Positions 46,401 through 55,613 of a DNA stretch of 64,000 bases are shown piece by piece. Each line of letters begins with the position of its first letter. Position 1 is the first letter of the stretch. The translations under genes were made by a program, and so were the position numbers. The stretch spans positions 5,466 to 69,465 of the forward strand of contig CAZGAV010000010.1 of the NCBI GenBank assembly GCA_964523575.1, written 5' to 3'. This DNA comes from an uncultured Ignavibacteriales bacterium (GTDB lineage Bacteria; Zixibacteria; MSB-5A5; GN15; JAAZOE01). The notes below the pieces were generated by a model that saw only the letters and a list, made by a program, of their open reading frames with translations, had not been told where the DNA came from and searched no databases.

Positions 46401-49400
46401 GGACTATTCGACGCCCAGCATGCCGGCATTGGTTTCATTCGGGTTTCCAGTGAACTTGGACCGACCGAAATATCCGATACCATCATCGTCATCCCGGGTG
46501 AGATCGCCGCTATCGACGTCACTCCGGCCACAATTATTGTCGTCGAGGATTCTTCATATCAGTATTCGGCCTCCGGGATCGATGCCGATCTCAATCTGGT
46601 CAGGGACCTGACCGATTCGGTCACCTGGGCGACCACCGACCCCGGCGGCAATATCAGTCCATCCGGGCTCTATACGGCCGGCAACAGCCCGTCGCCGCCT
46701 GTGTATTCGGTCACAGCGACCTACCAGGGGCTCATGAGTGATTCCGGTCAGGTATCAGTCATCAGCAATGGTTTGATCAATTATGTCCGGATCGAATGGC
46801 AGAACGGCACGCCATTCACTGACACCGTCCTGACCACCGATATCGACTCGACCCGGCTTTATTGCCGCGGATATACATCGGGCGACGTTTTACTGGGTGA
46901 TGTTTCCGTGATCTGGTCGGTTAGCGGCGGCGATTCCATCGGCGTCTTTTATCCGTCCGCCGGAGTGACCAGTACTCTGGAACTGCGTCGGCCGGGAACC
47001 GGTCGGCCGGTCGCCACCTACTCGGCTTTGATCTCCGATACCGGCGGTACTATTGGGTGCGCGGCCGGAATTCCGGATGTCATCGATGTCTCGCCCGATT
47101 CGGCTGTCATATCCGCCGACAGCAGTATGCAGTTTACCATGATTCTCTTCGATTCCGACGGCAATGTCACCACCGCCGGTGAAACTCCCGGCTGGCAGGT
47201 CATCGGCGGTATAGGAATCGTCTCGCCTGAGGGGAATTTTATCCCCTCGCAAATCGGGACCGGATACATCGTCGGATATGCGGGCGAGACCGCTGATACG
47301 GTCGGACCGATAACGGTGACGGCCGGATCCCTTGACCACATAACCGTGATTCCCGATTCGGCTTTGATTTCAAGCGATTCCGTTCTTCAATTCGCCGTCA
47401 CCGGTTATGATGCCGAAGATAATCTCTGCGATCCCGGCGCTGTCACATGGTCGGTGACGTCGCCGCTTGGAGTCATCGATTCCACCGGATTGTTCAATCC
47501 CACAATTGTCGGTTTGGCCCGGATAGTCGCCTCGTCCAGCCTGGGTCCGGTCGATACCTCCGCCTATTTGGAAGTGACCCCCGGCCGCCTGAATGCTCTG
47601 CAGATTATCCCCGATTCGGCCACGCTCACCACCGACAGCACTCTGATCTTTACCGCTGCCGGGCGGGATGCCGACGGCAACCCGACCTCGACCGGCACGA
47701 TTGTCTGGTCGGTCACCGGCGGCATCGGCGATATCAATTCCTCCGGTCAGTTTACGCCTTTGACTATCGGAAGCGGCCGCATCGTGGCCCTCAGCAATAT
47801 CGACGGCGTCTGCGATACCACCGCTGAAGTGCAGGTCAATCCGGGCTTGCTGGATATAATGGTCATCACGCCCGACTCGGCTCGATTACAGATCGGCGAT
47901 ACGCTTGATTTCGCGGCCACCGGGTATGACGCTCGGTACAACATTACCGACGTCGGTAACTTGACCTGGTCGGTGCTGGGCGTGATAGGCCAAATCGATA
48001 ATAACGGCCGCTTTGTGGCCCAATCCCGCGGCGAGGGCAATATTAAAGTTGTCAGCGACATTAATTATGTGGAGGCGATCTCGGGCGCCGTCGTGGTCGA
48101 GGCTCTTCAACTAACGGCCATCCCGCTTGGCAACAGCTATATCCGGCCCCGCGAATCATCGGTTCCGGTTCTCGCCTTCCGAATCGACAATTACTATATA
48201 GAAAATAAATCGCTCACGGGCTTGACGATTCGGGACATCAGCCGGGGGGATGGCAGTACCGAAGAAATGGCGGCCAATCTTGACCGAGTCTATCTCTATA
48301 TCGACCGGGATGATGATTCCACCCTTTCTCCCGGCGACAGCCTGGCGGCGTCGGCCGCCTATTCCACGGGAATAACCGATTTGACTTTCCCCGGAATCGT
48401 GGTACCCGGAGGGTCGGGACTCAATTTCATAATCACCGCCGACGTCAGCCTTTATCCGCATGACGGCGATTCGATCGATGTTTATTTTGCCACCGACAGC
48501 GATCTGCAAACCAAAGAAATCCTCTCGATCATCGGACAACCGTCCATAAATTCCGTCGGCTACGGCATTATCAACGGCCTGATCGCGGAACAGATAACCG
48601 TCAGCGCCTCGGGCTCCGACATCATCCATCCCGCGGAGACTTTATATAATTGCTTGACGCTCGATATCCCCCGAGACGGGTATGCCTCCGATATCCTGGA
48701 AGTCATGAGTATCGCCAATGCCGGCACCGCCGGACCCGCTGATATCGACTCCCTCGTGCTCTATGCCGATGACGGCAATAATGTATGGGGCGGTCCGGAC
48801 GAAGAAAACCGCCTGGGACGACCGGCCTTCACCGGCAATCGCTGGACTATCAGCGGCCTGGACCTGCCTCTGGTATCGCCTCTGACCCGGTTGTACATCG
48901 CCGCGACGCCGTCGGAATATCCGGAAAACGGATCGACCATTGCTTTGTACATCCCCGTCAACGGTCTCGAAATGTCATCCGATAATGACGGCCCTTATGA
49001 TTTCCCGACCATAGCCGTCGATACGCTTGTCATCGAAACCGACGAAAAAGTTACCATCACCACAGGCGATATTCCTTTCCGCGAACTGATTCCGGGACAA
49101 CTCACCGGGCCTTTGACCGGTTTCGAACTGACCAACCGGTACAACAATGAACTGGCCCTCGACAGCCTGACCTGCCGGGTGTTGACTTATGATCCCCAGG
49201 GAGCCACTCAGGAACAACTCGACAGCCAGATTGACAGCCTGCTCTTGTATATCAATCGCGACGGCGATTACTCGCATCTGGGAGCCGCCGATTCTTTGAT
49301 CTCGACGACAGTGCCGGTCGGGGGACAGGTCGTGTTCATAACCGAAAATTTGATCATTCCCCCGGACGGCGGCCGGCTGAGTTTGTCGGTGGCGGCGTTT

Positions 49401-52400
49401 CTTGACCATGAAAACAGTCGCAACGGCAACACTTTGAATATATCCATAGACAGCGCCGACGATCTTAATTTCGATCAACCGGCCGCGGTCGAGGCCGAAT
49501 GGCCTTTGACCAATGACGCCGATTTCAGAATCAACGCCTTCCCGGCCTCGCGAGTGATTATCAATCCGATTGAAGTGAGCACCCTGTTCGGGGGACAGAG
49601 CAACCGTCCGGTCATGGATTTCATCCTTCCCGGCAATGGTTACGCCGCCGATATTCTGGATGGTTTCAGCCTTCACAACTCCGGCACGCTGAATGAATTC
49701 GAGGCTCTCTTATCGGTCAAATTATGGGCCGACAACGGCGATGGCGTTTTTACCACCGGCGATAATATGTTGGGGCGTCTGGTCCCGGGACCCGCCGTCT
49801 GGACCATAAGTAATTTGAATTATGCCGTCGCCTCGTCCGGCGCTCGATTCTTTGTAACCGTCGATGTCATTGCCGATCAGAGCGAGGCGGGGACATTGCT
49901 GTTCAAAATTCCCGTCAGGGGAATCACTTATCGGTCGTCGATGAACGGTCCCGATGATGCTGAAGTCGGCAATCCCGAGGCCCATTTGGTTTTCCCGTCC
50001 AACCGGATTTTCGCCATCTCTATCCCGGCCTCCGGCGATAAAGACCTGACGCCCAAAAGCGTCCGCAATATGGCTTTGTCCTTTGCTCTCTACAACGGTT
50101 ATGTCGGTCAGGATCAAACGCTCGAGGCGATCAATTTCACTAATATCTCGCACAGCGCTTCGGGGGCGCCCTTCGCCGATCATGAGTTCGGCCAGGTCTC
50201 CTTATATATGGATACCGACAGCAGTCGGACTTTCAACGGCGACAGCCTGATCGCGGCCGGAGTATTCAAAAACGGCCGTCTGCAGGTCAGCGGCCTCGAC
50301 GTTACCCTCCCGCCGGAAGCGCTAAAATATTTCTTCGTCGTTATTGATGTCCCGCTGGATTTGATTGACGCCGACAGCCTGGCCCTTTCCATCGCGGCGG
50401 CGGCCGATATCATGTTTGCCGAACCGGTCAGTATCGGTGGCGATCTGCCGTTGATCAGCGGCAGTCACCTGATCGTGAACGGATCGGTGCGGCGTCAGTA
50501 TGTCGCGGTCGAAACCCCGCCCCGGTCGGTCAGTCCCGGCGACAGCGCCGTCACGCTGCTCACTTTCAAGCCGGCCGTCAACGGAAATCTGAGCGATACT
50601 CTTCAGGCGATCACTCTGGAAAATACCGGAGCCGCCGATCCGGGGGATTTCCACACTCTTCAATTATGGCTCGATACCAACGACGATAATCTCTGGCAGG
50701 CCGGAGATTCCCTGCTTGGACCTTTTACGGATCACACCGGTTTCTGGATGGCAGAGGGCATTTCCGGCGTCATCGAAACCCCGCCGCCGACTATGTTCGT
50801 GACCTGCAATATTGCCGATACCACGGCCGTCAACGCCTCCTTCCGGGCCCGGATACCGCTGAACGGATGCGATTACTCATCCGCCAACGACGGCCCGCTT
50901 GATTCGGTGCTGACCGCCTCCAACGCCGTCACCGTTTCCGGATCGGGGCTGGCTGTCTCGGCCGGTTCGATGGACCCGACCTGTTCGGTCGGTCAGACGA
51001 TTATGGTGCGCCTGAATGTCACCAATCGATCAGATATGACGATGACCGGTGTTTCGGGGGAAATCGTCGGCGATTACGATACCACGGTTGTACGGCCGGA
51101 CAGCAATTTCTCCGGCCCGGTCAGCCTGGGACCGCAGGCTTCGACCGAATTCACCTACTTCTTTACGGCTCTCAGCCCGGCCCTGGTTTCATGGCACCTG
51201 CGCGCCGCCGATCCCGGTGTGCCCGATACTTCGGCGAGTATCGAGACCGCCCCGGTGATGATTCAGGCTGCGCCCGGCAATGTCAAAATAAATTTCGTCA
51301 ATTCCATACCGACGGCGGTCATCAAGGGACAGGCCAACGTCTTCCCGCTGAGTTTCGGCTATGCGCATCCCGATTCCGGGTCGATGTTCGCTTCCCTGAG
51401 GCTTGACAGCCTGCAACTGACCGTCGAAAACGGCGCCGGAATACCGATTGAGGCCAGTTCGGTATTCAGCCGGATTCTGCTCGTCACCGGCTATACCAAT
51501 CTGTCGGCGCTGGAAACGATTCCCAACCAATCGCAAGTATGGTTGGTCTTCGATGAACCGGTCATCGTCGCGCCCGGCCAGACCCAGCATTATTCGCTTC
51601 TGGTCGATATCGACCCGAATACCGCCGCCGGAAGTTTTGCTCTGGCCATCGCAGGTGCCGGTTCGATCCCGATCACCGATTACAATACCGAACTGGCGGC
51701 GACTTTCGACCCCACGGTCGTGTTCCCGATGAAAACGGCCTCATGCCGTATCGATAATCCTTCGGAATATATGTTCATCTCGTATGAATCGGTGGCTCCC
51801 GCGACAGCCAATTACGGCCAGCAGAATGTGCCCCTGATCCGGCTCGATATCCGCCATCCCGGCGCCGCCGGAAGCTCTCAAATTCAGTTTACTTCGCTGG
51901 CGGTGCGGTTTATCGATGCTTTCGCCGCGGCTCTGCCGATCGGCGATATGTTCGAACGGTTGTCGATTCGACGGCAGTCAACCATTATCGGCACTGTCTC
52001 CTCGATCAATTTCGACTCTCTGGAAACAGTTATCGATCTGGCCCTGCCGGTAACGCTCAGCGCCGGCGAAACGGCGGCCCTGACAATCGAGGCCTCCGTC
52101 AATGAAATGACCGCCGGTGATGGGTTCAGTTTATATATCCCCGATAGTACCGTCTTCATGGTGCGCGACCTCAGTTCCGGATCGTTGCTGGAGGTGACCA
52201 CCGACACCTTATTGCTATCGGCCGGTGTTTCCGCCTTTCCGCTTATGTCCGACTGGGTTACTCTTAAAAATCAGGCGACCGCGCCCGAGATTTGCTTCCA
52301 GTCGAATCTCCCCGACATCGTCATCGGCGGCGCCGATTCGACGGTGCTTCTCCAGATGACTTTCGATTATCCGGCGGGCGAGGATTATTCTCCGATCCGC

Positions 52401-53588
52401 ATCAGGGAGGCCCGGCTGGCCGTGCTTGATACCTTGGAAAGATCGCTGGGCCCGGATATGCTCTTTGATCGCATCGGCTATGCCGCCACTGGAGGATTTG
52501 GCGGCTATCAAGCTTATGTCGAGTTGGAAAACGGCCTGGCCGTTTTCCGCTTCGGAGCCTATGGGATTCTCCTTGAACCGGGGCAAAGCGTGTCGATTGC
52601 CTTTTTCGGCGATATTAAATCCGATGCCCCCTATGATCATTTCCTGATCCGCGTGCCGGAAGCCGACGATATTCGGCTGACCGATGTCAGCGATACCGGT
52701 TACAGCCCAGGATTGGCATCCGGGACAGGATGCGATGGAAATCTGCCTTATGAGACCGGTGTGGCTCATATATTCCTGCCGGCCGGTAGGCCGGGGTTGA
52801 CGCCGCATGAATCACCGGTCATTACCGCCTTTCTGGGGCAAAAACAAGCGCCGATCTTCGAATGCAATATCAGCTATACCAGCGCCGCTCCTCAGGGCGA
52901 CATCCGGCTCAGCGCCGTCGGAGGGCGCGTCTTGAAGCGAACCAAAGAAGGCCTGCAGGCTGTCAATGCCGGAGATATTTTTGATTCCCTCCAGATAAAA
53001 ATCAATGATCAAGTCGTTTCCGAAAATGCCCTTTTCAGCGCCGATACGCTGACGATTTCGTTTGATAACGGTCATATCATCTCCCGGGGTGATGGCTTTA
53101 TTTTCAGCCTTTCCGGCGATATCAGGCCCGACGCTCCCTTGGGCAATTACCTCATCACTTTTACCGATTCGACCTTCATGACCATGACCGACCGCGAACT
53201 GGCCACGCCCGTCTATCCGACCCTGACCGGGACCTTGTATCCTCTGTATTCGGCGGAAATTTCCTTATCGGCGGCGGAGTTGAACGGGTCCTTCCGGTGC
53301 TTCCCAAATCCCTTCTATCCCTCGCGGGGCGAAGTCACTCATATCGCCTATACCCTCGACGCCTCGGCCGAAGTCGATATCGAAATCTTCACCATTACCG
53401 GCGAGGCGGTCACGACGGTGGTGCAAGGTACATTCAAGGAAGCCGGGAGTCATCAGGAGGATATCTGGTCCGGATATAATGATATCAGCCGTCCGGTGGT
53501 TCCGGGAACCTATTTCTGCCGCATTCGAGCCCGGTACGATTCCGGCGCGGCGGATGAACTCAAAATCAAGATTGCCGTGTTGCGATGA
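43428..53588 (+). CDS. Giant (3386 aa) secreted surface protein: 3 parallel beta-helix modules, Big_2-like Ig repeats, ~2000 aa of degenerate repeats, FlgD-Ig/T9SS-type C-terminal sorting domain
   Basis: Signal peptide MMRTTIVITMLLMLAAAVAPATG. Three modules start YYVSPDGDD / TYWVSPTGND / VYYVNPSGDD and end D..F.L...SP.I..G (NosD/CASH/pectate-lyase-like). Ig repeats have the form ..PDSA.I..DS.LQF...G.D..GN. The C-terminus is FRCFPNPFYPSRGE...YFCRIRA...KIAVLR. The frame is uninterrupted. Confidence 0.85.
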   Translation: MMRTTIVITMLLMLAAAVAPATGYYVSPDGDDANDGLTPGAAWKDIDNGDVKGLLAPGDVVNILPGLYSTTATIMLSTSGTETLPITYRGPDSGGVIVDMGGISDEIIQIDGHHVNLIGLTLTNCGRHAIRIYGDTCLVTECFLHDYGLQGIDVNGDGNLIQKNIMYNAGQCGITNRSGATGNKFYGNTIYNCGYQGIWIDYTVYSCRAFNNDIVLCDEGISGASWNKCGFNNIWNCASGSYVGGVYDSAGGLAVDPLFMNAAGADFNLQSGSPVINKGIDLGYSYYGYGPDLGALEYLPEIQRTYWVSPTGNDLADGFSAATAWKSIDNGEKRGILVPGDTINILPGLYQPAATLEMISSGSPTASIVYRKIGKASAKIDGRATINTLILIEGDYVEIHGLELTNNKDHGIHIKGDHGLITGCYIHDIENFGIRLEGDSILVLKNVIAFTRDDGIRNEDASYYCRYYGNTIYGCTNDGMELKKGSSRAFNNIVAQNAVGIKASSTDICAFNNVWGNPGGNYSGTVDSAGGISVLPKFVNSAAGRYDLLASASEIDAGLDLGYPYNGAAPDIGAFEKYNVYYVNPSGDDLLSGRTPDSAWAYIDNGDSLLFPGDTVYVMPGAYTNRVIITDSGLVDDRIAYVGVRDSCLIETSEAANAVSLLSEYILWSGISVHNAISDNMYINGGNNRIEAATFGSGGSYGIDIAVGQNNNIVHSVFSKNALANIHIHDDYNAIYNCSFLDSAGYGIDAQGYQHQTITNCIFQGTNGEDVAVITNATSSLTYCLFYNNLASASGGIGMGTGCFVADPLFIDPAGGNFRLQSHSPAIDAGVYVGLPFEGSAPDRGAYETGILDQLTISPVYESLNADSQYRFETLGWDSVGYPADPGHITWSHTFATGNINGAGLFQPQMIGTGEIIAESDINLISAASPTMTVIPGALDNFVITPSRDTISADDTRLFTVAGYDQWGNEVIETGLLNWQVMNNIGVIDGDGLFDAQHAGIGFIRVSSELGPTEISDTIIVIPGEIAAIDVTPATIIVVEDSSYQYSASGIDADLNLVRDLTDSVTWATTDPGGNISPSGLYTAGNSPSPPVYSVTATYQGLMSDSGQVSVISNGLINYVRIEWQNGTPFTDTVLTTDIDSTRLYCRGYTSGDVLLGDVSVIWSVSGGDSIGVFYPSAGVTSTLELRRPGTGRPVATYSALISDTGGTIGCAAGIPDVIDVSPDSAVISADSSMQFTMILFDSDGNVTTAGETPGWQVIGGIGIVSPEGNFIPSQIGTGYIVGYAGETADTVGPITVTAGSLDHITVIPDSALISSDSVLQFAVTGYDAEDNLCDPGAVTWSVTSPLGVIDSTGLFNPTIVGLARIVASSSLGPVDTSAYLEVTPGRLNALQIIPDSATLTTDSTLIFTAAGRDADGNPTSTGTIVWSVTGGIGDINSSGQFTPLTIGSGRIVALSNIDGVCDTTAEVQVNPGLLDIMVITPDSARLQIGDTLDFAATGYDARYNITDVGNLTWSVLGVIGQIDNNGRFVAQSRGEGNIKVVSDINYVEAISGAVVVEALQLTAIPLGNSYIRPRESSVPVLAFRIDNYYIENKSLTGLTIRDISRGDGSTEEMAANLDRVYLYIDRDDDSTLSPGDSLAASAAYSTGITDLTFPGIVVPGGSGLNFIITADVSLYPHDGDSIDVYFATDSDLQTKEILSIIGQPSINSVGYGIINGLIAEQITVSASGSDIIHPAETLYNCLTLDIPRDGYASDILEVMSIANAGTAGPADIDSLVLYADDGNNVWGGPDEENRLGRPAFTGNRWTISGLDLPLVSPLTRLYIAATPSEYPENGSTIALYIPVNGLEMSSDNDGPYDFPTIAVDTLVIETDEKVTITTGDIPFRELIPGQLTGPLTGFELTNRYNNELALDSLTCRVLTYDPQGATQEQLDSQIDSLLLYINRDGDYSHLGAADSLISTTVPVGGQVVFITENLIIPPDGGRLSLSVAAFLDHENSRNGNTLNISIDSADDLNFDQPAAVEAEWPLTNDADFRINAFPASRVIINPIEVSTLFGGQSNRPVMDFILPGNGYAADILDGFSLHNSGTLNEFEALLSVKLWADNGDGVFTTGDNMLGRLVPGPAVWTISNLNYAVASSGARFFVTVDVIADQSEAGTLLFKIPVRGITYRSSMNGPDDAEVGNPEAHLVFPSNRIFAISIPASGDKDLTPKSVRNMALSFALYNGYVGQDQTLEAINFTNISHSASGAPFADHEFGQVSLYMDTDSSRTFNGDSLIAAGVFKNGRLQVSGLDVTLPPEALKYFFVVIDVPLDLIDADSLALSIAAAADIMFAEPVSIGGDLPLISGSHLIVNGSVRRQYVAVETPPRSVSPGDSAVTLLTFKPAVNGNLSDTLQAITLENTGAADPGDFHTLQLWLDTNDDNLWQAGDSLLGPFTDHTGFWMAEGISGVIETPPPTMFVTCNIADTTAVNASFRARIPLNGCDYSSANDGPLDSVLTASNAVTVSGSGLAVSAGSMDPTCSVGQTIMVRLNVTNRSDMTMTGVSGEIVGDYDTTVVRPDSNFSGPVSLGPQASTEFTYFFTALSPALVSWHLRAADPGVPDTSASIETAPVMIQAAPGNVKINFVNSIPTAVIKGQANVFPLSFGYAHPDSGSMFASLRLDSLQLTVENGAGIPIEASSVFSRILLVTGYTNLSALETIPNQSQVWLVFDEPVIVAPGQTQHYSLLVDIDPNTAAGSFALAIAGAGSIPITDYNTELAATFDPTVVFPMKTASCRIDNPSEYMFISYESVAPATANYGQQNVPLIRLDIRHPGAAGSSQIQFTSLAVRFIDAFAAALPIGDMFERLSIRRQSTIIGTVSSINFDSLETVIDLALPVTLSAGETAALTIEASVNEMTAGDGFSLYIPDSTVFMVRDLSSGSLLEVTTDTLLLSAGVSAFPLMSDWVTLKNQATAPEICFQSNLPDIVIGGADSTVLLQMTFDYPAGEDYSPIRIREARLAVLDTLERSLGPDMLFDRIGYAATGGFGGYQAYVELENGLAVFRFGAYGILLEPGQSVSIAFFGDIKSDAPYDHFLIRVPEADDIRLTDVSDTGYSPGLASGTGCDGNLPYETGVAHIFLPAGRPGLTPHESPVITAFLGQKQAPIFECNISYTSAAPQGDIRLSAVGGRVLKRTKEGLQAVNAGDIFDSLQIKINDQVVSENALFSADTLTISFDNGHIISRGDGFIFSLSGDIRPDAPLGNYLITFTDSTFMTMTDRELATPVYPTLTGTLYPLYSAEISLSAAELNGSFRCFPNPFYPSRGEVTHIAYTLDASAEVDIEIFTITGEAVTTVVQGTFKEAGSHQEDIWSGYNDISRPVVPGTYFCRIRARYDSGAADELKIKIAVLR

Positions 53589-55612
53589 AGCGAGCCGTTC
53601 TGTACATATTGAGCCTGAGCCTGCTGGTGCTGATGTCGCCGCTATCGGCCTCCGATCAGGGCGGCACCGAATCGCCCTTCAGTTTCGGCGCCGGGGCGCG
53701 GGAATTGGCGCTTGGAGGCGCCGGTTTGGCCGAATGCAATGGCGACATGGCTCCTTTCTGGAATGCTTCGCGGCTGGCCCGGGCCGGACAATATTCACTG
53801 AGCGCCTTCCACAGCAATCTCTATGAATCCGACGTCGCCTATCAATACCTCGGCCTGGCTGTCCCGACCATGGATTTCGGTTCCTTCGGGCTGGGTATTT
53901 TCCGACTGGGAATCAAGGGCATCCGGAAAAGAGACGAGGGCGACCTCTACCTCGGCGATATCGACGACAACCGGCTGGCCGTCAATCTGGCTTATGCCCG
54001 GACGATTTCCGATTACGACTTCGGCCTGGTCATCATGATGGAGCATCATTCGCTCGATGATTACTCCGCCACTTCCTCGCCCGGCTTCAATCTTTCCGCC
54101 GGCCGTCGTTTTGAACTGAATAACGGACGGTTCCGATATATTTCGGCGGCCGTCAATTTCCGCAACCTGATCAAGCCCCATATGAATCTGGTGGAAGAAA
54201 ACATCGGTTATCCCGGGGCTCTTGATCTCGGATTGACTTCCGGTATCATGCCCAATCCCCGATGGAACCAGACACTGAATCTCTCCCTCCGGCTGACCAA
54301 GGTCGAAAATCTGGATCCCGATCTTAGCGCCGGGATTGAATATGATATCGAAAAACTGCTCTGGATTCGCGGCGGTATCCATGATCGCAAATTGTCGATG
54401 GGCGCCGGGATCAAAATCAAGTCCGTCGCCTTCGATTATGCTTTAGTCGATCGCGATCTGGGCAGTCTTCATATGTTTACTCTGACGACTTCCTTCGGTA
54501 TGCCCATCAAGGAAAAACGGCAGGAACGCCTCCGCCGCCGCGAGGCCGAATTCGACGATCTGATGCGTGACCGGCTGATGTCGCTTAATCGTGAAAAAGT
54601 CTCTCAGATGACCGCCGAGGGGAGGCAGTTGCTGGAAGAAGGAAAGCTGGTCGAGGCCGCCGGCGCTTTTGACCGGGCGCTCTTCCTGGCCCGCGCCAGC
54701 AGTCTTGACTCGACCGCCATAATCGATCTGGCTCAGGAAACGCAATCCCGGCTCCGGGAAGTTTCGCGGACTGAGCGTTACCAGCAATTCCTCGATTCCG
54801 CCGGGGTCAAATTAACCAATGGGGATTTTCTGGCGGCCCGTTATTTCGCCTCCCTGGCCCTGACCGAGAAGCCTGATGCTCCGGAAGCGAAGGCGGTATG
54901 GAATCGGGCCGATGAAACTATCCGGCAATTGGAATCGCGGGAAGAGACCATCAAGAATCAACTTTGGGCCGCCGACTCCTTGCTCAGTTACGGGCAGATC
55001 GATCAGGCTCTGACCCTGCTGTCGGCGCTGGAGGAGTATGCTCCCGGTGATATCAATGTCGGCAAGGCCCGGCGCAAAGCGGTTTTTGAACGATGGCGCA
55101 CCATGGCCTCAAACGCCTATTCCACCACCCAATTCGACCTCGCCTTGTCGGCGCTCGATTCGGCTCTGAGCCTGTTTCCGGGGCATGAATGGTGTCTTGA
55201 TTTGAAAAAACGGATTCAAAGGGAATCGACCCTGACCGAACAAAAAACGGCACCGGCGCCGATGGCTTCGATCGCGGAACCTCTCAGCCCCGAACTGGAA
55301 AAAGAGGTGGCCGCCGCCTATACGACCGGGCGCGATCTCTTTACCCGGGGCGAATTGCCCGATGCGATAAAATTCTGGGAGAAAGTCGAACGCATGGCGC
55401 CCGATTACCTTTCGGTGCGCAGTTATCTGGTCAACGCCTACCGGTTCGTCGGCATCGATCTCTACAGCCGCAGTCTTTACGATCAGGCAGTGGAGGTATG
55501 GAAAAAGGCGGTCCGCCTCGAACCGGATAATGAAGAAATCAACGGTTATATCCGGCGGACCGAAACCGAAATCAGGAAATTACAAGAGTTGTCCTATGAG
55601 CATGGGAAATAA
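53585..55612 (+). CDS. Outer-membrane beta-barrel-like protein (PorV/PorQ/UPF0164-like N-terminus) with C-terminal coiled-coil/TPR region
   Basis: ATGA overlap with the giant gene. Signal peptide MKRAVLYILSLSLLVLMSPLSA. GAGARELALGGAGLA...FWNASRLA and alternating beta-strand patterns run to ~aa 300. TPR-like helices follow (AIKFWEKVERMAPDY...AVEVWKKAVRLEPDN). The family call is tentative. Confidence 0.5.
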   Translation: MKRAVLYILSLSLLVLMSPLSASDQGGTESPFSFGAGARELALGGAGLAECNGDMAPFWNASRLARAGQYSLSAFHSNLYESDVAYQYLGLAVPTMDFGSFGLGIFRLGIKGIRKRDEGDLYLGDIDDNRLAVNLAYARTISDYDFGLVIMMEHHSLDDYSATSSPGFNLSAGRRFELNNGRFRYISAAVNFRNLIKPHMNLVEENIGYPGALDLGLTSGIMPNPRWNQTLNLSLRLTKVENLDPDLSAGIEYDIEKLLWIRGGIHDRKLSMGAGIKIKSVAFDYALVDRDLGSLHMFTLTTSFGMPIKEKRQERLRRREAEFDDLMRDRLMSLNREKVSQMTAEGRQLLEEGKLVEAAGAFDRALFLARASSLDSTAIIDLAQETQSRLREVSRTERYQQFLDSAGVKLTNGDFLAARYFASLALTEKPDAPEAKAVWNRADETIRQLESREETIKNQLWAADSLLSYGQIDQALTLLSALEEYAPGDINVGKARRKAVFERWRTMASNAYSTTQFDLALSALDSALSLFPGHEWCLDLKKRIQRESTLTEQKTAPAPMASIAEPLSPELEKEVAAAYTTGRDLFTRGELPDAIKFWEKVERMAPDYLSVRSYLVNAYRFVGIDLYSRSLYDQAVEVWKKAVRLEPDNEEINGYIRRTETEIRKLQELSYEHGK

Positions 55613-55613
55613 A

